DNA of 40,371 bases from Mollicutes bacterium (GTDB lineage: Bacteria; Bacillota_I; Bacilli_A; RF39; UBA660): NCBI GenBank assembly GCA_012520435.1, contig JAAYOI010000077.1, positions 1 through 40,371 on the forward strand, in the 5' to 3' direction. Shown piece after piece: positions 17,712 to 27,899 of the stretch. Position 1 is the first letter of the stretch; each line of letters starts with the position of its first letter. The position numbers were made by a program, and so were the translations under genes. The notes under the pieces were generated by a model, which worked only from the letters and a program-made list of their open reading frames with translations, was not told the origin of the DNA and searched no databases.

Positions 17712-20622
17712 AAAAACAATAAAAAGTAATAAAACTAATATTTTAATTATGGCTATTAGTTTAATTGCTTTTATCGTTGGCGGAATCGCAATTAACTTTC
17801 TTGTATCATTATTAATAGTTGGAGGAATCAATGCTTTACTTTTTATACCAGATTTATTAAAGAAAAAAAGTAATAAAAAGAAAAGTTCAAAAAAGAAACA
17901 ACCAAAGAAAAAGCAATCAAATAAGAAAAGAAAACCTAAAAAGAAAAGAAAAAAACTTATTAAAATTATTTTAATTTTCTTTATTTCAATAGGTATTTTA
18001 GCTATTTTAGCAGTTGCCCTTTTCTTTTGGTTAATTATTAAAAGGGCTCCAGAATTTGATCCTGAAAAACTATATTATAAAGAATCTTCAATTGTATATG
18101 ATAGCAATGGCGAAATTATTGCGAAATTAGGAGTTGAAAAAAGAGAAAAAGTTACTTTTGAAGAATTACCTGAAGTTTTAGTTGATGCGATTATTGCAAC
18201 CGAGGATGCTAGATTTTTACAACACAATGGTTTTGATTTACCAAGGTTTATGAAAGCATCTATTGGACAATTATTAGGTAAATCAGGTGCTGGTGGAGCT
18301 TCAACTATTACTATGCAATTAGTAAAACAACACTTTACTTCAACCGTAGCAACCGGTATTGAAGGTATTATACGTAAATTTACGGATATCTATATGTCAA
18401 TCTTTAAAATCGAAAAAAAGTATACTAAAAAAGAAATATTTGAATTTTATGTTAATTCGAATTATCTAGGTGGTGGCGCTTATGGTGTTGAACAAGCTTG
18501 TTTAACTTATTTTGGTAAGAGTGCTAAAGATGTTAACTTAGCCGAAGCAGCAATAATTGCTGGCTTATTCCAAGCGCCGCATTCATATGATCCATTTATT
18601 AATCCTGAATTAACAGAACAACGTATGAAACAAGTTTTATATTTAATGGATCTACATGAATATATTACTAAAGAAGAACGTGATATCGTTAGTAAAATTA
18701 AAGTTCAAGATTTATTAGTTAAAAATAATACAAATAATGTTAATAAATATCAAAGTTTTATTGATACTGTTGCGGCTGAAGTTGATGAATTAACAGGTCA
18801 CGATCCTTATTCTGTGCCAATGAAAATATATACTACCATGGACCGTGAAAAGCAAAATCATATTTATGATATTATGTCAGGAACTAATTATAAATGGGAA
18901 AATGATTTTGTAAATGCTGGTATTGCGGTTGTTGATGTTAAAACAGGGGCGATTGCTGCTGTTGGTGCTGGTCGTAATACTGTTCAAAGAGGATTTAATA
19001 ATGCGACAATGATAAAAAGACAAATTGGTTCAACTGCTAAACCATTATATGATTATGGTCCAGGAATTGAATATAATAATTGGTCAACATATCAACCATT
19101 TGTTGATGAAAAACATGCTTATTCTAATGGAATTAATATCCATAATTGGGATCATGGTTATAATGGTTTTATGACCCTTCGTAGTGCACTTGTTTATTCA
19201 CGTAATATTCCAGCTATAAAAGCTTTCCAACAATTAAGCAATAAAAATATTCAAAATTTTGTTGCTAATTTAGGTTTATCTCCAGAACTTGAAGGCAACC
19301 TTATTCATGAAGCCCATGCCATTGGTGGTTATAATGGGGAGTCGCCATTATCATTAGCCGCTGCTTATGCTGCTTTTGCTAATGGTGGTTATTACAATGA
19401 ACCTTATAGTTTTACGAAAATTGTTTACCGTGATACTGGCGAAGTATATGAAAGAAAACCTAAAAAAGTTAAAGCAATGAGTGTTGAAACAGCTTATATG
19501 ATTACTGATGTTCTAATTGATACATCTAAATATGCTTTAGGGAGATATTCTAACATTAATAATCGTCTTTATGCTGCTAAAACAGGTACAACTAATTTTC
19601 CGAGTGAAGTATTTAAACAATATAAATTACCAAGTGGTGCTATTAATGACTTATGGGTAACTGGCTATAATACCGAATATGCAATTGCTGTTTGGTATGG
19701 TTATGAAGTTATTAATAAAAATCATGTTACTATATTTGGAAGTCAAGAACACTCTAGATTATTCCAAGCCGTTGGAAAAGGTATCTTTACATCTAATGAA
19801 AAATTTACTAAGCCTAAAAATGTTGTTGAAGTTAAAATTGAAAAAGATACTTATCCAGCTATGTTACCTAGTGAATTTACTCCATCAGATATGATTGTTA
19901 CCGAATTATTTAAAAAAGGTACTGAAACAACGGAAGTATCTAAACGTTATAGCCGCTTAGATAACGTTACTAATTTAAATAGTACGATTAATGGTAATAC
20001 TGTAACTTTAACTTGGGATCCAATTCCAATTCCAGATGCAATTAATAGAACCAAGTTAGAACAATTCTTCAAAAGTTTATATAAACAACCAGCTGATCAA
20101 CAAAAATATTTAAATGCACGTCTCAATTATAATAATAAAAATATTGGTAATCTTGGTTACAATGTTTATTTAAAAGATAGTAATGGTAATCTTCAATTGC
20201 TTGAATTTACTACTAATAATCATTTTACTCATACTGTTACACCAGGTATTACTTCGATTACTTATGTAGTTAAATCATCATATTCCATCTTTAAAAGCAA
20301 TCAAAGTACAGGTGTAGAACATACTATTGTACTTGATAATAATCCAGCTATTATTACTTCAATGTTAAATGGACAAAGTACTATTGTTCTTTCAGTTGGT
20401 CAACCTTTTATAGACCCATATGTCATTGTTTATAATAGTGGAATTGATGTTACATCGCAAGCTACTATAACAAAAAAAGTTTTCAAAATAGTTGATGGTC
20501 AAGAAACAGAAGTTACATCCGATATTATTGATACTAGTACACCTGGTACCTATAAAATTGAATATAAAATTTCTTATCAGTCTTATAATGAAACTCATAC
20601 AAGAACTGTTAATATACAATAA
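17686..20622 (+). CDS. ponA: Class A penicillin-binding protein (PBP1A) with FN3-like and Ig-like C-terminal domains
   Basis: Transglycosylase motifs EDARF..H.G and GASTITMQL; transpeptidase motifs STAK, SRN and KTGT. ATG 17686 after GGAGG; follows recU. Confidence 0.95.
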   Translation: MKKAIKKIKKTIKSNKTNILIMAISLIAFIVGGIAINFLVSLLIVGGINALLFIPDLLKKKSNKKKSSKKKQPKKKQSNKKRKPKKKRKKLIKIILIFFISIGILAILAVALFFWLIIKRAPEFDPEKLYYKESSIVYDSNGEIIAKLGVEKREKVTFEELPEVLVDAIIATEDARFLQHNGFDLPRFMKASIGQLLGKSGAGGASTITMQLVKQHFTSTVATGIEGIIRKFTDIYMSIFKIEKKYTKKEIFEFYVNSNYLGGGAYGVEQACLTYFGKSAKDVNLAEAAIIAGLFQAPHSYDPFINPELTEQRMKQVLYLMDLHEYITKEERDIVSKIKVQDLLVKNNTNNVNKYQSFIDTVAAEVDELTGHDPYSVPMKIYTTMDREKQNHIYDIMSGTNYKWENDFVNAGIAVVDVKTGAIAAVGAGRNTVQRGFNNATMIKRQIGSTAKPLYDYGPGIEYNNWSTYQPFVDEKHAYSNGINIHNWDHGYNGFMTLRSALVYSRNIPAIKAFQQLSNKNIQNFVANLGLSPELEGNLIHEAHAIGGYNGESPLSLAAAYAAFANGGYYNEPYSFTKIVYRDTGEVYERKPKKVKAMSVETAYMITDVLIDTSKYALGRYSNINNRLYAAKTGTTNFPSEVFKQYKLPSGAINDLWVTGYNTEYAIAVWYGYEVINKNHVTIFGSQEHSRLFQAVGKGIFTSNEKFTKPKNVVEVKIEKDTYPAMLPSEFTPSDMIVTELFKKGTETTEVSKRYSRLDNVTNLNSTINGNTVTLTWDPIPIPDAINRTKLEQFFKSLYKQPADQQKYLNARLNYNNKNIGNLGYNVYLKDSNGNLQLLEFTTNNHFTHTVTPGITSITYVVKSSYSIFKSNQSTGVEHTIVLDNNPAIITSMLNGQSTIVLSVGQPFIDPYVIVYNSGIDVTSQATITKKVFKIVDGQETEVTSDIIDTSTPGTYKIEYKISYQSYNETHTRTVNIQ

Positions 20623-20636
20623 AAAGAAAGGTTAAA

Positions 20637-21266
20637 TTACTTAAACCTTTCTTTTTCTTTGGTTTTACATATATCATATAACTTACAATTTTGACATTTA
20701 GGATTACGTGCTAAGCAATAATATCTTCCAAATAATACTAAACGTAAATGCATATCTTTAGTTTTTTCTTTAGGAATTATTTTGGTTAACTTTTTTTCAA
20801 TCGTTAACACATCATCATTAGAATTAGCTAATCCTAATCTAACACTAACCCTCGATACATGAGTATCTACTGCTATATAAGGTTCATTATATAAAACACT
20901 TAAAACGACATTAGCTGATTTACGCCCAATTCCTGGTAATTTTTCTAACCTATTTCGATCATTAGGAACTACTCCCTCATATTTATCTAATAATTCGGTA
21001 ACTATTTTCTTTAAATATAAAGCCTTTCTTTTAAAAGTTCCAACTGGTCTAATAATATCCATTATATCTTCTATATCAGCATCTCTTAATGCTTCTAAAC
21101 TAGGATATTTTGTAAATAAAATTGATGTTGCCGCATTAACCATTTTATCAGTTGCTTGAGCACTTAACATAACTGCTAATAATAGCTCATAATCTTTAGA
21201 ATAATTTAATTCAATCACAGGATTAGGTATTAATTCTTCTAAATAAGCTATTATTCTATTCATCAT
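20637..21266 (-). CDS. nth: Endonuclease III
   Basis: LSAQATD, HhH motif LPGIGRKSA, VDTHV and the C-X6-C-X2-C-X5-C Fe-S cluster motif. Confidence 0.97.
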   Translation of the reverse strand: MMNRIIAYLEELIPNPVIELNYSKDYELLLAVMLSAQATDKMVNAATSILFTKYPSLEALRDADIEDIMDIIRPVGTFKRKALYLKKIVTELLDKYEGVVPNDRNRLEKLPGIGRKSANVVLSVLYNEPYIAVDTHVSRVSVRLGLANSNDDVLTIEKKLTKIIPKEKTKDMHLRLVLFGRYYCLARNPKCQNCKLYDICKTKEKERFK

Positions 21267-21906
21267 TATCATTCAACCAATCATAATTAAATATTTCTTT
21301 CTTTTCCCCTTTTTTACCTTTATAATTAATCCTTTCTTTTTCTACATCAGCAGCATTCTTAATTCCTTTTTTCTTCCATTCAAACAAAATCCTATCAATA
21401 TATCTTAAATTAGTAACCCCATTAAAAACAGCTTCTTTAAGAGCTAAAACAATTAATTCTTCACTATATTTCTCATCATCTTTCCAAGCATTAATTAATT
21501 CATATTCAATTGGTGATAAAGTCCTACCAAATTCTTTTTCAAAAATATCAAATAAATTAGTCTTTTCTTCTCTTTTTTCTCCTTCACTCATAATAAAAAA
21601 AGCTAATTTTTTATATAAATTATCTATATTTAAATATTCATTATGTTGATTATTTTTCTTAATCACTTCTAAAGTTAATATATCTTTACTAATTAAATTA
21701 TTAACTATTTCTAAAACATCTTCAATCTTTATATTTACTTCTTCACTAATCTTTTTAGGGTTATAACATAAATCATCTTCATTAAGAATATAAATTAATA
21801 CTATTAATTCTATTTCCGTTAATTTTAATTGTTTATATTTAGTTAATAATAATCTTGGTATATTAATATTATTATTTCTTAATAAATTTATAACTTTTTC
21901 CATCAT
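21256..21906 (-). CDS. dnaD: Primosomal protein DnaD
   Basis: FEKEFGR.LSP.E and YIDRIL.EW motifs; directly upstream of nth. Confidence 0.95.
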   Translation of the reverse strand: MMEKVINLLRNNNINIPRLLLTKYKQLKLTEIELIVLIYILNEDDLCYNPKKISEEVNIKIEDVLEIVNNLISKDILTLEVIKKNNQHNEYLNIDNLYKKLAFFIMSEGEKREEKTNLFDIFEKEFGRTLSPIEYELINAWKDDEKYSEELIVLALKEAVFNGVTNLRYIDRILFEWKKKGIKNAADVEKERINYKGKKGEKKEIFNYDWLNDNDE

Positions 21907-21953
21907 TATAACCACCTATTAACATTATACCTTATTTTATATCATTTGTATAT

Positions 21954-22604
21954 CTAATTATTAAGTGGTATTGTAATTGTATCATAATTATCTTCATCTA
22001 ATTTTAATGTTACAAAATATTCTTTTTTAATCATATAAATATCAATCCATTGATTATATAAAGATTCTAAATAATCCGGATTAGTATCTTCATCATAAAA
22101 TACCATATTAACTTCTTCATCAACTTCTATTTTCTTATCAACTGTTAAAAAATAAATATACTTACAATCTTTATCACTTTCTTCTTGTATTTTTTCATAT
22201 ACACAAAAATTATGATTTAAATAACTAATTTTTAATTCATTATCATTATTAAAAAAAGAAATATCTTTTACTTTAAATTTCTTTTTGTTAATAACTTTAT
22301 TACTCACTAATATATCCATATTATATTCATCATTCATCAATACATAATCTAATTTTTCAATTCCAAACATTTTTAAAACTTCATTTATTTTATTATCATT
22401 TAAATATTCTAAGATAACTAATATAAAAATATCTTCTTTATTAATAAGTAACGATTTACTATCTTCTAAATTAATAAAGGTTATTCCCATTTCTTTTTCT
22501 TTTAAATTTAAATCAATTTTACTTACGTAAGTATCATCCATTTTATATTCAATTATTAAAATATAAACAATAATTAAGAAAAAAATAAATAATATTTTTT
22601 TCAT
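21954..22604 (-). CDS. Membrane-anchored hypothetical protein, possible degenerate metallo-beta-lactamase fold
   Basis: N-terminal TM helix. GITFINL..SLLI and LK.FGIEKLDYVL resemble the start of ComEC-type MBL domains but lack HxHxDH. Confidence 0.55.
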   Translation of the reverse strand: MKKILFIFFLIIVYILIIEYKMDDTYVSKIDLNLKEKEMGITFINLEDSKSLLINKEDIFILVILEYLNDNKINEVLKMFGIEKLDYVLMNDEYNMDILVSNKVINKKKFKVKDISFFNNDNELKISYLNHNFCVYEKIQEESDKDCKYIYFLTVDKKIEVDEEVNMVFYDEDTNPDYLESLYNQWIDIYMIKKEYFVTLKLDEDNYDTITIPLNN

Positions 22605-22643
22605 AAAAAAACACACCCTAATATAGAGTATGTTTATTTAATT

Positions 22644-23738
22644 TTAATTATTATAATTATCTATTATATATTTTTTTAATGCGTTTTTTTCATTAACTAA
22701 TTCTTTTTTTAATATTTTATTTTCAATATCATTTAAAATCTTTTTTACATATGGACCTGGTTTTTTCCTTAATAAATTACATATTTGTTCACCATTAATT
22801 ACTATATCCTTATGATTTTTAATTGCGAATTCATTATATTTTTTAGTTATTAGTTTGCGATCAATATTTTTTATTTCTCCAACTATGGTTGTAATATAAA
22901 GACCATATTTATATAAATTTATTTCATCTAAAATATCTTTAGGGAGTAATTCTTTAATCTTGCGAATTGTCTCTAATTCATTTTTATTAAACTTATAAAT
23001 ATTTTCAACATCAACTTGCGCCCATATCCCTAACATTGAACTAGTAACTACAACCGAATCAATATTAGATAATTCCAAATGTTTATCTAAACCTAATTCT
23101 TTAATTAAACTAAGACCATAACGAACATTTGGACTAGAAAATATCTTATCTAATTCATCCTTTTTTCTTTGATAAGATAATTTTTTTAATAAATATCCAT
23201 ACTTTTTTATATATTTTTTTAATGGTTCATCTAATTTAAAATCTAAAATAGTTGCGAAACGAATTGCTCTTAAAATACGAAGAGCATCCTCTTTTAATTT
23301 ATGTCTAGGATTACCAACAGCTTTAATTATTTTATTATCTAAATCTTTACGACTATCAAAAACATCAATTATGTTACCTTCACTATCCATACATAAAGTA
23401 TTAATAATAAAATCACGTCTTTTTAAGTCTTTAACTAGATCATTAATATATTTTATTTTAACTGGTAAACGATTTTTTTCATATTTATATTCTTTACGAA
23501 AAGTTGTTATTTCAAAACGTATTTTATTATAAATAACCGTTATTGAACCATATTGAGTTTTAGGTAACATAACATCTTTAAATATTTCTTTTAACTCTTT
23601 AGGTGTTGCATTTGTACAAATATCAACATCAAATGTTTTTCTTTTTAAATATAAATCGCGAACATAACCACCTACTGCATAGACCTTAAATCCGTGACTT
23701 TCAATTTTTTTTAAAACTTCAAGTGTCGTTTCGTACAT
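22644..23738 (-). CDS. cca: tRNA nucleotidyltransferase (CCA-adding enzyme family)
   Basis: VGGYVRD..L...DVDI, EITTFR, DLKRRDF and EDALRILRAIRF motifs. Confidence 0.93.
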   Translation of the reverse strand: MYETTLEVLKKIESHGFKVYAVGGYVRDLYLKRKTFDVDICTNATPKELKEIFKDVMLPKTQYGSITVIYNKIRFEITTFRKEYKYEKNRLPVKIKYINDLVKDLKRRDFIINTLCMDSEGNIIDVFDSRKDLDNKIIKAVGNPRHKLKEDALRILRAIRFATILDFKLDEPLKKYIKKYGYLLKKLSYQRKKDELDKIFSSPNVRYGLSLIKELGLDKHLELSNIDSVVVTSSMLGIWAQVDVENIYKFNKNELETIRKIKELLPKDILDEINLYKYGLYITTIVGEIKNIDRKLITKKYNEFAIKNHKDIVINGEQICNLLRKKPGPYVKKILNDIENKILKKELVNEKNALKKYIIDNYNN

Positions 23739-23779
23739 ATATCCACCTCTAGTCATTTAAAAAAGGCTTACAAGCCTTT

Positions 23780-24052
23780 TTAATTTAATGCATCTTTTAA
23801 TTTTGACCCAGCCTTGATAGAAGCTGCAACTCTAGCAGGTATTTTAACAACTTCGCCAGTTCTTGGATTACGTCCTTCTTTAGCTGCTCTCTTTTTAGCT
23901 GTAAAAGTACAGAAGCCTGTTAAAGTTACTTTACCTTCCTTCTTTAATCCTTTAATAACTCCTTTCATCATGGCTTCTAATGCACGAGATGCATCAGCTT
24001 TGGTTAATCCAGCTTCTTCAGCTATAAAATTTACTAAATCTGTTTTAGTCAT
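23780..24052 (-). CDS. hup: DNA-binding protein HU
   Basis: MTKTDLV and GRNPRTGE motifs; follows spoIVA as hbs does in Bacillus. Confidence 0.97.
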   Translation of the reverse strand: MTKTDLVNFIAEEAGLTKADASRALEAMMKGVIKGLKKEGKVTLTGFCTFTAKKRAAKEGRNPRTGEVVKIPARVAASIKAGSKLKDALN

Positions 24053-24236
24053 TTTATTACCTCCCTATCTTTTATAATAAGCTATTAGGCTTACAATTAA
24101 AGAATATCATGTTTTTATAAGAAATGCAATATGTTTTATATAATTTTTGCAATATTTTGGTATTTTTTTTATGTTTAATTAACTTAAAGTAAATTTTTTT
24201 CTTTTTAAAGATAAAAAGACTTAAAATTTAAGTCTT

Positions 24237-25712
24237 TTATAACACAATCGCAATCAAATTACCTGAACCTCTATTAACAAGTTTAGATAAAGTTTGTTGC
24301 AATTTATAACGTACATTTTCTGGCATTAATGATAGTTTAGCTTGAATTCCTTCTTTCACAATAACATCTAAACTTCGTCCAAAAATTTCACTCTTCCATA
24401 TATTATCTGGTGATTCATCATAATCTTTCATAAGATAATTGATTAATTCCTTACTTTGAATTTCTGAACCAATTATTGGTTCAAATGTTGATTCTACATC
24501 AACTCTAATCATGTGAATAGAAGGTGCCACTGCCTTAAGTTTTATACCATAACGGCTACCTTGTTTAATAATTTCTGGGGTACTAAGTTTCATATCTGAT
24601 AAGCTTGGGGATGCTATTCCATAACCAGTTTGTTTAACCATTTTAAGAGCCACTTTAATTTGTTCATATTCTTTTTTAGCTTCATTATAATCTTGGAATA
24701 ACGATAATAAATCTGCTCGGCTACTGATAGTAACACCAATAATATCTTTAAGAACTTGATTGAATAATTCATTAGGTGATTCTAAAGAAATTGTTACATT
24801 ACCAGTAGAAGTATCAACATCAGATAAATAAGCCTTACTAATATATTCACAATCAGTAAATGGTTCAATAATTTTTTCAACATCTCTTACTTTATCTACT
24901 TCAATAATACTTTCCCTAATTTTATCAATATAGATTTGCTTTAACCAATTATCTGGTGATAAACAAGCAATCCATTCTGGCATATTAATACTAACTTCAT
25001 TAACTGGGAACTCATATAAAGCTTCTCTTAAAATGGTATAAATTTCACGTTCTGTCATATTTTCAATATTAATTGGTAAAACTGGTACTCTATGTTCTTC
25101 ATGAAGTTTTTCTGCTAAACGTTCGGTTTCTGGTAACATTGGATGAGCCGAATTCAGAAGCACAATAAACGGCCTTCCATATTCTTTTAATTCATTAATT
25201 ACTCTTGTTTCGGTTTCTACATACTCGTTACGACCAATTTCGCCAATTGAACCATCGGTTGTAACAACAATGCCAATAGTTGAATGATCTTTAATAACCT
25301 TTTCTGTTCCTATTTCTGCTGCTTCAATAAATGGTATTTCTTCATCATACCAAGGTGTTTTTACCATTCTTGGTCCATTATCATCTTCATATCCTTTAGC
25401 ACCTGGAATAATATATCCCACACAATCAACTAAACGAACATTGGCGCTAAAATTATCAATTTGTATTTTAGCAGCATTACTTGGAACAAACTTCGGTTCA
25501 GTGGTCATAATCATACGACCTTGCGCACTTTGTGGGATTTCATCTAAAGCGCGTTTTTTCTCATATTCATCAGTAATATTTGGCACAACTAAATTTTCAA
25601 TTACCTTTTTAATAAAAGTTGATTTACCTGTTCTAACAGCTCCAACAACGCCTAGATAAATATCGCCACCAGTACGCTCTGTTAAATTTTTAATAATTTC
25701 TATCTTTTCCAT
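24237..25712 (-). CDS. spoIVA: Stage IV sporulation protein A
   Basis: RTGGDIYLGVVGAVRTGKSTFIK, MTTEPKFVP, HSTIGIVVTTDGS and C-terminal GNLIAIVL. Confidence 0.99.
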   Translation of the reverse strand: MEKIEIIKNLTERTGGDIYLGVVGAVRTGKSTFIKKVIENLVVPNITDEYEKKRALDEIPQSAQGRMIMTTEPKFVPSNAAKIQIDNFSANVRLVDCVGYIIPGAKGYEDDNGPRMVKTPWYDEEIPFIEAAEIGTEKVIKDHSTIGIVVTTDGSIGEIGRNEYVETETRVINELKEYGRPFIVLLNSAHPMLPETERLAEKLHEEHRVPVLPINIENMTEREIYTILREALYEFPVNEVSINMPEWIACLSPDNWLKQIYIDKIRESIIEVDKVRDVEKIIEPFTDCEYISKAYLSDVDTSTGNVTISLESPNELFNQVLKDIIGVTISSRADLLSLFQDYNEAKKEYEQIKVALKMVKQTGYGIASPSLSDMKLSTPEIIKQGSRYGIKLKAVAPSIHMIRVDVESTFEPIIGSEIQSKELINYLMKDYDESPDNIWKSEIFGRSLDVIVKEGIQAKLSLMPENVRYKLQQTLSKLVNRGSGNLIAIVL

Positions 25713-25735
25713 ATAATCCCTACTTTCATCACTAA

Positions 25736-25763
25736 AATATATGAATTTTTTAATAATATATGA
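25736..25763 (-). promoter_or_regulatory. sigmaE-type promoter of spoIVA
   Basis: TCATAT-14-CATATATT; spoIVA is sigmaE-dependent in Bacillus. Confidence 0.75.
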
Positions 25764-25854
25764 ATAATATTACAATTTATTTTTAAGTTTAATAAAAATA
25801 TTATTATGTGCTATAATGTTGTTGTTGATATTTACTAGAAAAGGGGTTTCTTAA

Positions 25855-26246
25855 GTGAATAAAGAACAATTAATAAATATATTAAAAGAACTTAATTTTC
25901 CAATAGGAGATTACTATATTTTATCTTCAGCATGTTTAATGTTATATGGTTTGAGAGATGAAATTACTGATATTGATTTATGTATATCTGAAAACTTATT
26001 TAATCTTATAAAGAAAAAATATAATTTAACTGAAGATAAAAAAAATCAATGTGGTTTTTATAAAATTAATGATTATTTAGAAGTTGTTGTTAATGAAAAA
26101 GAAAAGATGGAATATGATATGAAAGATGGATTCCCGGTTGAAAAACTAACTACAATACTTACTTATAAATTAAAAAGAAATGCAAAAAAGATCAAAAAGA
26201 TATTGAAAGAATAAAAAAATACCTCAAAGAAAATAAAAACATTTAA
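25855..26246 (+). CDS. Small nucleotidyltransferase-like hypothetical protein with a frame break near the C-terminus
   Basis: S..LMLYGLR....DIDL motif. The 0 frame stops at 26214. The -1 frame from GCA AAA AAG reads KDQKDIERIKKYLKENKNI* and stops at 26246, directly before a terminator. Confidence 0.65.
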
Positions 26247-26272
26247 GAACTGCACATTATTGCAGTTCTTTT
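26245..26272 (+). terminator. Intrinsic terminator
   Basis: AAGAACTGCA-cattat-TGCAGTTCTT followed by TT. Confidence 0.8.
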
Positions 26273-26361
26273 ATTATGAAAAAAATGGAGACAATAGGTA
26301 TATTTTAACAATAAAAACAGATAATATTATAAGAATTATTTGTCATAAAAGAGGTGAGAAA

Positions 26362-27897
26362 ATGTCATTATTTAAAAAGAAAGAAAAGATTATTGAAGAA
26401 AAAATAAATCAATTTAATGAAAGTTTAAATAATTACATTATTTCTCCTTCTTTAGACGTTAATGTAATGATTATTAAACAATTGTTTATAGATAATGATA
26501 CGATTATAAGTAGGAGTGTTGTTAATAATTTTGATAAATCTTTACAATTTTATATTATTTATCGAGAAGGAATGGTTGATCCTACTATTATTAGTGAAAC
26601 AATTATTAAACAATTAGTTTTATCAAATGCTGATATTTCTAAAAATAATTTACTTGATTCATTAGTTAATCAAGTTCTTATAACTAATGAAACAAGAAAG
26701 ATAAGTTCGATGAAAGAAGTTATTGAAAATGTTTGTTATGGTGATACTGTTTTATTTGTTAATGGTTGTGATAAAGCTTTAGTGCTTGATACTAAAAAAT
26801 TTCAAACAAGAGCTATTGAAGAACCACAAAACGAAAAGGCTTTAAATGGACCTAAAGAAGGTTTTAATGAATATTTACTTACTAATTTGTCTTTAATAAG
26901 TAGAAAATTAAAAACTAATGATTTAAAAATGAAATACCTTTATTTAGGACAAAAAACAAATACTAAGTGTTGTATATGTTATCTTGATAGTATTGTTAAT
27001 AAACAAGTATTAGAAGAATTATATAGTCGTTTAGATAAAATTGATATTGATGGCATTATTGATGCTAATTATATAAATGAATCTATTAAAGATTCTCCTT
27101 ATAGTTTATTTCAGACTATGGGATTTACTGAAAAACCAGATGTAGTAGCCGCTAATCTTTTAGAAGGTAAAATCGCCATTATCATCGATGGAAGTCCAAT
27201 TGTCATAACCATTCCTTATTTTTTTGTCGAAAACTTTCAAAATTCTGATGATTATTATGTGAATTTTTATTATGCATGTTTTACAAGAATAATTCGTATG
27301 TTTGGTTTTTTCTTAGCAATTACTGTTCCTGCTTTTTATATTTCAATTGTTGCATATCATCATGAAATGATTCCAACCTCATTATTTATTAATGTAACTT
27401 TAGAAAGACAAAGTGTTCCTATGCCAGCCGCTGCGGAAGCTATAATTATGCTTTTGCTTTTTGATATTTTAAAAGAAACAGGGGTTAGAATGCCTACTAA
27501 TATTGGTCATGCTCTTAGTATTGTAGGTGCCCTTGTTATTGGTCAATCAGCGGTTGAAGCCAAATTAGTAGCTGCTCCCATGATTATTGTTGTAGCTTTA
27601 ACTGGTATAACTAGTCTTTTAGTTCCCAAAATGAATGCCGGTATTATATATTTACGTTACGTTTTATTATTTTTATCAATTATTCTTGGTTTCTATGGTT
27701 TTATTTTAGGTCTTGCTTGTATTCTTATTCATATTCTTAATTTGCGCTCTTTTGGTATTCCACAATTAACATTAGGTGGAAAAACTAATTATCAGGCAAT
27801 TAAAGATACCTTATTTAGAGGTCCATGGTCAAAAATGAAATTACGTCCAAAATTAGTAACTGATAATCAACAACGCATGAAAGGTGGGAATAATTAA
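26362..27897 (+). CDS. Spore germinant receptor A subunit (GerKA/GerAA family)
   Basis: GPKEGFNE, TEKPD...ANLLEGK.AIIIDGSP and ALSIVGALVIGQSAVEA. Start MSLFK after GAGGTG. Confidence 0.95.
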   Translation: MSLFKKKEKIIEEKINQFNESLNNYIISPSLDVNVMIIKQLFIDNDTIISRSVVNNFDKSLQFYIIYREGMVDPTIISETIIKQLVLSNADISKNNLLDSLVNQVLITNETRKISSMKEVIENVCYGDTVLFVNGCDKALVLDTKKFQTRAIEEPQNEKALNGPKEGFNEYLLTNLSLISRKLKTNDLKMKYLYLGQKTNTKCCICYLDSIVNKQVLEELYSRLDKIDIDGIIDANYINESIKDSPYSLFQTMGFTEKPDVVAANLLEGKIAIIIDGSPIVITIPYFFVENFQNSDDYYVNFYYACFTRIIRMFGFFLAITVPAFYISIVAYHHEMIPTSLFINVTLERQSVPMPAAAEAIIMLLLFDILKETGVRMPTNIGHALSIVGALVIGQSAVEAKLVAAPMIIVVALTGITSLLVPKMNAGIIYLRYVLLFLSIILGFYGFILGLACILIHILNLRSFGIPQLTLGGKTNYQAIKDTLFRGPWSKMKLRPKLVTDNQQRMKGGNN

Positions 27898-27899
27898 GA

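Noticed and set aside
18291-18300. TGGTGGAGCT matching the tmRNA 3' end, a possible att repeat of an ssrA-integrated island
   Set aside because: Lies inside the conserved GGAST motif of ponA; no integrase and no att duplicate flank the accessory block.
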